Source: Parasitella parasitica NRRL 2501
Lineage: Eukaryota; Fungi; Mucoromycota
Reading direction: 5' to 3'
Length of the DNA: 64,000 bases
Assembly (NCBI GenBank): GCA_025201805.1
Contig: MU619238.1
Coordinates: forward strand, 70,530-134,529
Part shown: positions 52,341 to 64,000 of the stretch, in pieces
Position numbering within the stretch: the first letter of the stretch is position 1
Layout of the letters: every line of letters begins with the position of its first letter
The notes under the pieces: model-generated
Database searches by the model: none
What the model saw: only the letters and a program-made list of their open reading frames with translations
Told to the model about the DNA's origin: nothing
Made by a program: the position numbers and the translations under genes

Positions 52341-54389
52341 ATGGATTCTGATGATGATCTTGACTGTCCTCTCTGTATGGAAGAGCTGGACATTGCTGAT
52401 AGAAACTTTAGACCCTGTCCTTGTGGGTATCAGGTAAAGTGAAATGTACAAATTAATTTGCTTAAATGTCAAAAATTTAACGAATTCTTATAAAATATAG
52501 ATTTGTCGATTCTGCTGGCATCATATCAAAGAAAATTTAAATGGTCGTTGTCCTGCTTGGTAAGTAGATTAAATCGCATTATACTCCAAACGTGCATAAG
52601 TTGATCTGTCAACTTTTCGTAGCCGCCGAGAATATTCTGTGGAAATGGTCGAATTTCAGCCCGTTAGTGCTGACGAGTAAAGTATATGCAAACCAAAAAA
52701 AAAAAAGGCTCATATTTAACGATCATATTGTTTGTTAGATTACAACGTATTCGTAAAGAAAAAAGAGAAAAGGAAAAGCAGCAAAAGGACATGGAATCTG
52801 CTAATCGACGACATTTATCTAGTATGCGTGTTGTTCAAAAGAATCTAGTATATATTATTGGCCTCCATCCTCGTTTGGCATCAGAAGAGGTAAGTCGCTT
52901 TTCCTTTTTTTTTTTCGAATTGAAAACAGTTCTAACCGAAAATGATCAGATTGTTAGATCAAACGACTACTTTGGTCAATTTGGTAAAATTTCCAAGATT
53001 GTTATAAATAAACGACCCCCATTGCCTGCCTCACAAATGAGTTCCCAGCCAAGCGCTGCTGTATATGTCACTTATTACAGAAAAGAAGATGCGGCAAAGG
53101 CAATTGCAGCTGTCGATGGAAATGTCATTGCTGATAGAGTAGTAAGGTATGCGGGATAGCTGTCGATATGCTCGAGAGGATTTCATTATACTGATTTGTC
53201 TTTTTTTTTTTTTTTAGAGCATCTTATGGCACCACAAAATATTGCACCTACTATTTACGCAACATGACATGTCCAAACCCTAATTGTCTTTACTTGCACG
53301 AACAAGGAGATGATATAGACACAATATCAAAAGAGGAGTTGGCTACTGGGTAGGCTATAATATTAGGAGATTTGCATGATATCCTAACATATGTTTAGTA
53401 AACACCATATGCGCGATATGCTCACTGAAGATGACGACGAGAGAGAAGGCGATCATGTTCATCAAAATCAAAGCCATCACCATCCAGCTGTCCAACGCCC
53501 TCAACTCTCTAATGATGATTTCCCTGTTGTCTCCAGCAGCTCAAAAATTAATAACAAGGTTACAGACGACTCTGCATTACCAGCTTCAGCATCTTGGGCA
53601 AAGATTGGGGTTAATAGTACACCTTCTACACCTGTACTCGGAGTCAACGATGCCTTTGGACCTACATTATCGGCAGCAGTAGCGGCTTCTCAACAAAAGG
53701 CTCAGTTTCCTCCCATGCCAAAGCGAAAGAGCGAAAAGAAAAAGAGGAAGGAGCAATTCCAACAGCAAAAGCCTACATCGGAAGGTTCAACCTCACAACC
53801 TGCCACACCCCAAGCTGTTGCGGCTACAGTTGCTTCCCCCATCACCTCTGTAAATGATACCTTACTCGAGGATTGCCAGGATACTGGAGCGTCCGTTTCT
53901 TCGCCTTCCTCTCCCTCTCACGAAGCTCAGCCATCAGCAGATGTACCGCAGTCTGTGTTTGACCAAGGATTAACAGGTTTTGTCTTGGGTCAAGCTTACA
54001 AAGATTTATGTCCTTTACCTTCAGAAGCCGAATTCGATAGCAACCAGAAGCAAGACAACCAAGAAGCTGAGGAGCTTACTTTGGGTGTTTCGGCGTTGCT
54101 ACTGGGCGATGACGCTAAAGCTGAGCCTTCTCCTGCTCAAAGAAATCTCGAAGCAATTCAATCTGCATCCACGTCCAAACTAATCCCATCAAGTATTCCA
54201 TCCGTCCTCGATTTTCTTACATATTCCTTTCCCACACCCAAGTACACTAGCTCGTTCAACCCTTATTCTCATTTGAACATGTTAGGTAGTGGCCAGCACC
54301 CAAACAATGGTGCTGCTGCTATTTTGAACAACAATAATTTGGATTCTCCTGTCAGAAGACATTCCAGATTTGGATTCGCTCAAGCATAA
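52341..54389 (+). CDS. NOT4: CCR4-NOT subunit Not4/Mot2 E3 ligase (RING C4C4, RRM, C3H), 7 exons
   Basis: CPLCMEELDIADRNFRPCPCGYQ|ICRFCWHHIKENLNGRCPAC|RREY, RVVQKNLVYIIGL, YFGQFGKI, ASYGTTKYCTYYLRNMTCPNPNCLYLHE. Confidence 0.95.
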
Positions 54390-55452
54390 GCACTGCATAT
54401 TCAGTTTATTTCTCACAATTAAAAAAAAAAAAAACGTAAAATCATTTTTTCATGTACCGAGCTGTCTCTTGAAACAGAATTTCTAGTAGCTAGCTGATCT
54501 TCCGTAGTATTATTCGTATTCAAAGAGTACAAATGATTACCACTACGTTGTCATAGCAACCGTTCCTGAATAGGATTAAAATGTTGAAATATCAGAACAG
54601 TTTTTGTTTATAACTTTCGATACACACATCGCCCAGTGAAAATCAAGTTATGCTCAGATAGCCCTGATCATGCCTATTTCAGCCAAGGGTAAATTAGTCC
54701 ATAATATGCGCTTTTTCAAAGCCTAGTAGTCTTTATATACAATTTTCATATAAAAGTTACCCTGTTTTCTGTCAATAACCTTATAGATATCGCTATTTTT
54801 ATCTATAAAAATACGGTTATCATTAGATAGTGCTGATTTTTCGCTATGTTTTCTAGGTTCGATCTTGCTTCTCTACTGTTCATTTAGCAGAAGATACGAC
54901 CAAATGTCTGTTAATCTGATAATCACTGCTGTTTTTTTTCTCAACTAAATGTTAAATACGATCTGATAGTATTCACAGATTGATTTATGTGAATTTGGTC
55001 AATATAAATAAATAAATTCTAAAGTCAAAGGAATCTTCAGTGGATCAAGCCCTCTTCCACAGTTTCGGGTTGGGGTATCGCTGCTATTATTCATATATGG
55101 TCTGCTAAGCAGATGTCAACATTGACCTGACTTTGTGCATTTGTTTTATCTGAAAAAGGCAACTCTTCAACTTAAGAAGGCTATTAACGATTAGAAGATT
55201 TCACCTGGTCTTAGCTTATTATAAACTTCCGAATCAGTGCAGCGTTGTCGAAAATACATTGCTAGAAATTCATGTACTCTCAAATAATCAGAAGGAACTG
55301 TCTTGTCCATTTTCACCTTTTTATTCTAAATAATACGATTCTTTTGTTAGATTGAAGAATACTTTTATTATATATTATAATACAGAATAGAACTCATAGA
55401 ATTGTATATCATTGATAGATATAGATGACAATTCAAATGATTCTAGTATAAT

Positions 55453-58400
55453 TTAACGTCTACCCTTTCTTCTCCAGTATACAACGCCAATAAAAACAAA
55501 AACATTAAAAACAAAGAACGCAATCAAGATACCAAAGTTGCGCCATTTGTTAGAGGCACTCCATTGCATACCAGTTTCGTAAAATTCAGGGCCAGAGCTA
55601 TAGGTACAGTAACCACAGCGTTCGGGCTGCACAGCATCGGGATTTGCGATGTATCCAGTTGCGCCGTTGGCAAAGAAATTTGCCATGTATTGGCCACATG
55701 ATTGACCTGGGGGAGGAGGGAATTTGAGTAAATCCTCTTCAGAACATACTACTTTGAGAGAAGCTAGCTCGTTCACAGCTAAACCTTCAATATAGTAGTG
55801 GAAGGGATCCAACCAGTACATCCAACTGCTCCAAAATTTGGGCATAGCCATGGGTGATTGCATCAAACCACAGAATAGAATAAGAATAGAGATAAACAAA
55901 GGATTGATGACAGCAGCCATTGTAGGTAACTCGGCAACAGCTGCAATTACGAAGCCTAACGTAACAGCCCAACAGACGAGGACTACAAATGTGATATAGA
56001 AATAACCACAAGATTCTGGAGTGTTGTTCATTCCTGCGGTCCAGTAAAAACCTGTTTTCAGAAAAGTATTTAGTATTAGATGCTACACAACAAGCAATTA
56101 AGTATCTTACCAAACATGAATGCAGCAGCAAAGAAAATGATGTAAGGGATTTCTACCAACACAGCACTGATACCAAAAGGCAGCCAGCTATAATATCTCG
56201 AAGCATATTCACGGCGAAAGTATAAACGTTCCGTCATAAACTTGGGTTGGGCCAGAATAATCATTGTCATTGCCATAATAAAAGTACTGAACAGAGCAAA
56301 TACTTTGTTCATCATATCAGAAGAGGAACTTCCAAGCTTCCAGAAAGTAAAACCTGTAACCAAAGATGTGAACATAATGTTGAGGAAACGTCCAATATTG
56401 TAATCGGGAGCACGCCAGTATGCAAGCGCCATACGACTCATAACAAGACGGAATTGAGTGCTGAGAGGAGTAGCATAAGTGTCAGCGTTACGGGTAGGGT
56501 TTTTATCCGCAGTTTTCTCAATCTCATCGAGTTCAGCAGCGAGTGCCTTGGCTTCGTCAGAATTTTCCCAGACATCAGCCCAATCCTTGGTAGCTTTACC
56601 AGCAGTACCAGCACCAACCACCTCCAGAATGTATTCAGCAGGATTTGCCTCAGGTGAGCATTTGGGTCCGCCATTAGACTCAAAGTAGTCAATCATGGTC
56701 CGAGAATCTTGGCCAATTTCACCATAGTAAGCCGTACGACCACCTCGAACCAAAAGCAATAAATGGTCAAAGTATTCAAATAAGATGGCAGAAGGTTGAT
56801 GAATAGTACACAGCACTGGCCAGCCTGCATCAGCAAGCTTGCGAATAAATCGAATGATGTTGAAAGAGGACTGAGCATCTAAACCAGAAGTAGGCTCATC
56901 CAAGAAGAGCAATTGAGGTTTACCGACAAGTTCCATACCAATAGTCAAACGTTTACGTTCTTCAACAGAGATACCAAAACCGCTGCCAACATCGCCAATT
57001 TGAGCATCTCCAATATCTTCCATTTCTAAAAGCAAAATAATTTGTTCAACATAGGCATCCTTCTCTTCCTTTGGTACATCGTAGGGTTGGCGCAGATAAG
57101 CAGAGAATCGAAGAGCCTCACGTACAGTAACAGCAGGTTGATGGATATCCATCTGCTCGCAATAGCCAGTTATACGCTCGAAATCATTCATTAATATCTC
57201 GCCGTTGAGGAAGACGTTGCCTTCCACTTTACCAATCGTTTTTCTACGAGCAAGTACATCAAGCAGTGTAGTTTTACCAGCACCCGAAGATCCCATTAGA
57301 GCAGTAAGATGGCCAGGTTTTACAATACCAGATATATCGTTCAAAAGATGCAGCGGACCACCTTTGAATGGAACGTAGTAGTGAACATGCTGCCATGAAA
57401 AGGTAGTACCAGTAGACATTTTGTCCATATTATCAGTAATATTCTGTTGGGCAACACGACGTGCATCCTCTTCTTCAATGGTGCGAGGTTTAGGAGCTAT
57501 GGACTTCATGTTTAGATGTCAAATTAGGATGGAACTCATTCACAAACGTACCTTTTCCGGGCATGTAAAGCTTGGTCAGAGTCGATGACTTGGACATACC
57601 AACCAATTCCATAGCCATCGCAGTAATGAGAGTAAAGAAGAGGAAAAACGCAACTACGACAACAAAGTCAGGAGCCCATAGTTGCCAAGGCTTGTAGCTC
57701 AAGGCTTGTAACAGATATTCATCGCCACGGACAAAGTTTTCACCAGCAACACCACCTTCCATAGTACAGACCATGTAATTCCAATCATCATAGCCGGGCC
57801 CGTAAGGAACTGCATTTCCAGGGCCATCACAGGAGTAGACTTGGCCTGACATTTCGTTCGAAATCAAAGCCTTGTAAGCGTAAGTAATAGGATTGATGTA
57901 GTAAATCCAAAACAGCCAGGGATGCATTTTCTTATACGGAATCGTATAACCTGTGTAAGATGTAATAGCAATAAGTAATACACCAGTGATTTGAGTAGCC
58001 AAGAAGAAACTAGAGGTGATTGCACCAAAGAATCGAAAGAAACCATTCATACACATGTTCAAGAAGAATAGCACCACAAAGAAAGTAAAGAATCTGCCAG
58101 CGGTGAGGTTCAAACCCATCATAAAATAGGCACAAATCTCAAAAAGTAAGACTTGAACCAAAGCATACGGAATGTCCATAATGACTTGAGCTATGTAAAA
58201 CGCAGATGGTCTATACAGAGCGTATTGCTTGTGCTTTTCGAGAATAGGACGGCCAGTGAGAAAACGAACAAGCTCAGATTGAGAAATGAAAGAATTGAAC
58301 AGTACGGAAAAGAACAGTGCACCTCCACGAGAAAACTATTCATAAATGCGTTAGGATAATGACTTGTGTCAAAGCAAAGAACCATACGTACCGCACCAGT

Positions 58401-60101
58401 GCCAGTGAGAGGAAGCTGAAAGAAACAGGAAGCAGTGATCAAAGACTGAATGAGGATTGTGCCATATCGAGAGATGAGAGCTTGTGTGTCTTTGATGAGC
58501 AAATGATGTTGACGGATAGTAAGAGCCTTGACTTGTTGATAGAAGGATGCGATGTAGGGTTGCGATTTCCTCGCGCGCTTTTGATGTTCTTCGTGAACAG
58601 CTTCAGCAAAATTGCCAGCCTTGTTTTCCTTTTCTACAGTTTCGTTGTAACTCTCAAAGTCTTGCATCATTTTTTGGTAGATTTCAGATTTGAGATAGGT
58701 TTCTTGGAATTCAGAGGCATGCTTTGGTGCCGTTTCTTCGAATCCAGGCTTGAATTCACGTTCAACAGGGTTACACAGACCTGTTAAAAAATCTGGGAGT
58801 GATTTTCTTGAAGGTCTATGGAAGCCAAGGGCGTCAAAGTAGTCTTTTGCACCGCTGGTAGGGCCATAGTAGACGCAATACCCTTCGTCCAAGAGTAATA
58901 CTTTGTCGAATAACGTGAAAATACTATTCGAGGCTTGATAAAGAGTGGCAATGGTTGTGATATTAAAAATGTCTGTCATGATTCTTAACGACCGCACATA
59001 GTCGAGGGCAGAAGCAGCATCAAGTCCACGGGTGGAGCAATCCCAGCAATTAATTGTACTGCAGGTAGTCATTTGCTCAGCAATAGAGAGACGTTTGCGC
59101 TCACCACCAGACAAACCTCTGACGAAAGCATTGCCAACCATGGTGTTCATCTGCTTGGTGAGGCCCAGCATATTACCAAGCATATAGATGACACGGTCAA
59201 CGAAATCTTTTTTGGACTCTTCATTCAAACGCCTGCCAGGCGTTTTTGTGCGTAAAGCAAATTGAAGCGTCTGCTTGGTTGTTAATGTCGGATAGTGCTG
59301 ATCTTCCTCTTCATTATAGCAGACTTGACCTCTGTATTTTGCAGCAAACTCCTTGGGGTCAATACCACCATAGTTTACATTGCCGCCAACATGAGTGTAA
59401 GCGCCCCGCATATTGGCAATCACTTTTAAGAACGACGTACAGCCTGCTCCAGGACGACCTAACACTAATAGCATTTCACCGTCTTTACAACAGCCAGTTA
59501 GATTATCAATGATTACTTTGGTGCTAGCATTGCTCTTTTTAAAAAGCTTCCAAAACTTGAGCACTGTCATAATGTTTGAGAATACAGTTGGAATTGTAAA
59601 AGCGTCGGCACCTAAACCCTAAAATTCATGCGGTTACATTAGAATTTTTGACAAAAAAATAAATAAAACAACCCATAAAACTTACCTCCACATGGAGATC
59701 CTTCCAAGAAACACCGAGATGTTTACGTTTTTTGCCGTTCGCTTCTTGCTCTCTATGAATTCCATGCAAAAAGTCGTCCAAATTGAACTCATCAGCATCA
59801 GTCTGGCCTTCTTCAGCTTTTGATAAGCTGCTTTTACGACTCATTTGACTGAGATGGCGCTTCAAGCTCTGATATTCGTCCTTAGCACCTGTCAAATTAT
59901 TCTTTTAGCTATGTATTTTTATACAAATACAAGCGAATTCGTATAAATACCTTGCACATTGACTTGATTTACTTCAGATTCGCCATAGGTGCCATTTTGA
60001 CCATAATTTTCATTCTGAGTGATCGTATCTTCGGTAGATGATGCATAATTATAATTTGGGTGTTTAGACACCTCTATGTGATCGGTCGGTTTTTCTTCCA
60101 T
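55453..60101 (-). CDS. Full-size PDR-type ABCG transporter, copy 2, 5 introns
   Basis: GRPGAGCT, LSGGERKR, CWDCSTRGLD, GSSGAGKT, ISVEERKRLTI, FLDEPTSGLD. Introns at 59889-59950, 59619-59685, ~58336-58391, ~57497-57551 and ~56052-56110. Confidence 0.96.
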
Positions 60102-61327
60102 ATATAAAATAGTAAAAAGAAAGAAAATGATGAGATAACGTAAAGTGAAAAACCATGCCTCTATTTATAAAACCCCAGAGAAGACTGGCTGTGTTTCTGG
60201 TTGAACGAATTTAGTTTTTTTTTCCCTTTGGACTATTGTCTTGGATTTATATCATATTTTGCCATCACAGACTATTGCTAGGATTAGGTGTGAATCCTTC
60301 GTTTTCTGTTTTCCATTGAACATTCCATATAAAAATGGAAATTCTATCTGAAAACCTATTCACATGTAATGTACTATACATGTTTATGCAATGGATTAAA
60401 CTGTAAAAGTAGCATATACATACGGCAAACCAAGATCCGTCCTCTCCGGTATCGGTCAATGTTATTTGGGATTGATGATATGATGACATTGACAGTGTCC
60501 CAATGCATATGTATACCAACCCGGGGATGATTTAATGCGCAAAATAAAATTCAATGATGACATTTGTACAGCACGGCAGAAATGTCTTACAACTTTTATA
60601 GCAAATCCCTTCTCAATGATGGAAAACGTTGCAATCTAATACTCATGTTTGTACTGATTTAACTTCAATTGCATATTTCGGCTTTGATTGTATAAAGCCC
60701 AGACTTTTCATCTTGTGTTTCATTTTTTGCGCTAAACTTTTGATTAGATGCGGGGATACGTCCTCCGCATCGCCAACACGGAAAAATATTGCCGAATTTA
60801 TTCAAGTACAATGCTCTTATCATTTTTAATGAAACAGCTATAAAATGTATAAAAAATGAAAAACGTACGATTGCATAGTTGTTTTTATAAAGTTTATATT
60901 GTAAATGTATAAGGTTTACTGCAGATCTCTCGCTTTTTCACTCACTTATTGACTCAAATTGAAACCGATACGGAGGAATAAATGCGGTTTAACCGTGATT
61001 CTCGATCGAGAGTGTTGTACGATCACCCAATTTTTCATCTTTCAAATACAGTGTCTGGCACGTCTAATTTCTGTAGCTACTACATGTAGTCGAGCCCATC
61101 AAGTGCATTCCTTATAACAGCCTATACTAGCAGTAATCTTATAATTTAAGGCAGTTAATAGTAACTAATGCTATGTGAAAATGTGATTCACTCTTTACTC
61201 AGGTAAATACTCTGTTAGTTATGTCAGCTACACGTTTATTCGAAATCAATGTATTGCCGAATTGTTAAACGATATTAGTATTTGGATATCATCAAATTAG
61301 TCATATTGACGACACAGGGCGATGAAT

Positions 61328-61331
<4 letters not shown>

Positions 61332-61359
<28 letters not shown>
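61332..61359. repeat. (AG)n microsatellite
   Basis: Seen directly. Confidence 0.8.
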
Positions 61360-61362
<3 letters not shown>

Positions 61363-61961
61363 TAACCCATATTCGAGTAACTGAATCCTGTTTTCTCGGT
61401 GCATATGCTCTGTAATAAATCACTCAAGAACAACTGCGCTGCTATACCGTAAAATAAAAGAATCAGTTATCGATTGATTGCAGCCTGACACCAAGCTTGA
61501 CCTGGTTGAAAATGGTTCCTGGGCATTTTCAAACCCAATTCTGTTAGAATATCTGTGCACTATATATATGAAATCTAATGCTTTAGGATCATGTGTGATA
61601 TGGAAAAGTTTAGAGACCATATGTAGAGAGATTAAAAAATTTCGAATCATTATTTTAAGGGAGGCAAAGTCATATATGATTCTATCAACAGGCTTGCTTG
61701 TTTTCTACAAATGACGCGTTACCAATTTGGACCGAAAACCCGAGATGAACATTACAGACATTCTGATGCGTTGGATCTATGCGGTTTTATGCCATAGACT
61801 GTAGATTTGAACCAAGCTGATTGATGCGAAAGTAGCTTCAACAACACGGAGAACCAAATCATGATCAAATCAAATGTCCATGGATGGAACTTTAAAGTTT
61901 CCCATTCCTCTTTTCCCTTCTTTCTCTCTTCCCCGCAGATTAATCCTTTGTTGTATGAAAC

Positions 61962-62603
61962 ATGTCATCATTCAAGCGATCTTTTCATTCCTGTATTGCA
62001 AGGCAACGCAGCTTCTATGATGTTCTTCACTTAAACGAGAGGGCTGATAAAAGAGCCATCAAGTCTAATTACTACAAACTATCGAAAAAGTACCATCCTG
62101 ATCTTAATCCCAACAATAAGGAAGCTCATAAATTGTTTTTGGAAATCAACGAAGCATATGCTATATTGGGTAATGAGGCGAGCAAGAAGAAATATGACTA
62201 TGACCGCTCCACTGGCAGTGGTGACGATGCAAAATATACCAACAACATGGCAAAATACTCAAGAGCAGGTGGCGGCGGTGGAAACAAACAGGCGTGGCAC
62301 TTTAGAAATAGACGACCCAGGAGTACAGGCTCGGCAAGTGCACAAGACCAGGCAGAGAGGATGCGGCAATCAACGGCTGGCGGTGGTGGGTTTAATCATG
62401 GCGAGCACTTTAATAAACATTATGCAGCCGAAGAACATAGACGAAAACAAAGGGTCGAGAACGCAGCACGTCGACGTAGAGCTGGTGGAGATGATTCGGT
62501 ACCTGGTCAAAGAGCGAAAGAAATGGAGAATGTATGGGGTCGATTCTGGCGTTTAGGCGCTTTGCTTGCAGGCATTGCTTATGCGACTCAACATCTTACC
62601 TAA
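61962..62603 (+). CDS. DnaJ-domain protein, probably mitochondrial membrane-anchored
   Basis: Presequence-like MSSFKRSFHSCIARQR, J-domain (FYDVLHL...YYKLSKKYHPDLN...INEAYAILG) and a C-terminal hydrophobic helix. Intronless. Confidence 0.9.
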   Translation: MSSFKRSFHSCIARQRSFYDVLHLNERADKRAIKSNYYKLSKKYHPDLNPNNKEAHKLFLEINEAYAILGNEASKKKYDYDRSTGSGDDAKYTNNMAKYSRAGGGGGNKQAWHFRNRRPRSTGSASAQDQAERMRQSTAGGGGFNHGEHFNKHYAAEEHRRKQRVENAARRRRAGGDDSVPGQRAKEMENVWGRFWRLGALLAGIAYATQHLT

Positions 62604-62901
62604 AGAATCAATGATGATGATATCCTTACGTTGAAAATATACTACGCTAAATTAGTCCATACACCTATGGAATGCATGCAAAATTTGGCATAATTTCACT
62701 CAAGAAAAAAGAAATCGTAACAACGGACGCACAGACAGGGAGGCTGCATCAAAATCCCTGTCGATATTCATGATTTCCAGTTTCTCGATCTAAACACGCA
62801 ATTGACTAATAAACCCCCCAATCGACTCTTTTAACTAGTGTTTGGTTTTTATTTGAAATAAAAAGAAAAGCATTGATTTGGATGCATTGCAAAGACAAGA
62901 T

Positions 62902-63549
62902 TTAAGATCTGGGCTTTTCCTTCTTCTCCTTGTACAAAGCAATGAGAGCGACACCAGCGACCTTGACGACCTTGAAACGGACACCAGGAATATCACCAAT
63001 AGCACGGCCCTTACGACCGAAACCGGCAATCAAAACTTCGTCATTCTCATCGACATAATTCAAACAACCATCATTAGGAACGAAAGCAGTAACTCTCTTA
63101 CCGTTCTTGATGAGTTGAACACGGACACACTTACGAATAGCAGAGTTAGGTTGCTTGGCTTCAACACCAATCTTTTCAAGGACAATGCCCTTGGCGTGAG
63201 ATGAACCACCGAAAGGAGAAGAACGGAAAGCGGTACCAAGAGCTCTCTTCTTGTAGGCCTTATCGGCCCAACGTTGGTCGCGACGGTGGATACGGAGCTT
63301 ACGAGCTGCGTTCAAACCTCTAGGTTGTCCCTTACCTACATATTTGATATGGTTTTTGTGTTAGCATGAACAAATGTCGAGAAAAACGCATTCTTTGATG
63401 TTATCTATCTGTCTCATATATCGAACGAAATCGATCCGTCCATCCATACATCCATCCATCCATCTATTTTGTATATCCCCTCTCCCTCGCTTTTATCCTA
63501 TTTGTTTATCCTTCTCCCTATTTCTCCAATGTTGAATGCCCTTACCCAT
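62902..63549 (-). CDS. RPS23: 40S ribosomal protein S23 (uS12), 2 exons (63546-63549, 62902-63335)
   Basis: MG|[13 protein letters not shown]...[41 protein letters not shown]...KEKKEKPRS. Confidence 0.98.
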
Positions 63550-64000
63550 GATGAAATCTGATAAAAAAGGAAGGCCTAATAATTGTCAACTTGGCTGTCT
63601 CTTTTGGGCTTGAGAATTGCCACATCTCTGGATGAACAGAGCCCGCCCGAAACGTTTGTGACAATTTTGCCTTGTGAATACACCTCTCCTACCGGGAAAG
63701 GCCCACTTCTTGAAACAATAAGCCACTATGGTCCGCTCAAATATGCTTTATACAAACTTTATACTTTCAACACCCTTTGTCATGGCTAATACTACAGTTT
63801 AGAATTAAACCCATTTTTCTTTAACGTATTTCTTTAATGGCTAGAGATTCATTATGGAAAGAATGTTGCGAAAAAAAAACTCTTAATTTTCAGTGTTTCA
63901 AAGCTTGAAACAAGTCAGGAATTGATAGCCAAATTGAAGGCTCGCTGCTGGTATCTGGCCAATGGAGATGCTAAATATTAAACTTGCGAAGCGGAGTATA

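Noticed and set aside
52890-52949. Enrichment of stop-free 3n introns (NOT4, LONP2, two in the oxygenase) as a general system
   Set aside because: About four among roughly 60-70 short introns is compatible with chance. Only individually interesting cases were kept.

Overview
Gene-dense, AT-rich eukaryotic DNA, almost certainly from a mucoralean fungus (inference from short ~50-90 nt introns, frequent GTAAA donors and the protein sequences). About 23 mostly intron-split genes are supported. In order: an unknown membrane protein, glycogen branching enzyme, Yrb30-like RanGTP-binding protein, peroxisomal Lon, NDUFS4, a secreted BP74/CaM-BP15-like protein, aldehyde dehydrogenase, an ankyrin/coiled-coil protein, Rho1, Cet1-like RNA triphosphatase, PP2C, Alg7, Dpy-30, a 93-aa small protein, Ded1/DDX3, eIF2-gamma, Ost1, Rps29, a 2OG-Fe(II) oxygenase, two PDR-type ABCG transporters flanking Qcr8 and Not4, a DnaJ protein and Rps23. 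There are three N gaps. I found no tRNA, rRNA, CRISPR array or intact transposon. Most of the window is housekeeping. The most notable items are (i) a gene-poor island at ~11.4-15.8 kb carrying an intronless secreted protein of a bacterial/dictyostelid-type family next to a decaying spliced gene, (ii) a strongly self-complementary long intron in RPS29, (iii) a probable GC-AG intron, (iv) an old convergent PDR paralog pair with Dictyostelium-like motifs, and (v) several extremely tight gene junctions. I cannot support a new multi-gene system with confidence. Family assignments come from motif recognition, not from database searches.
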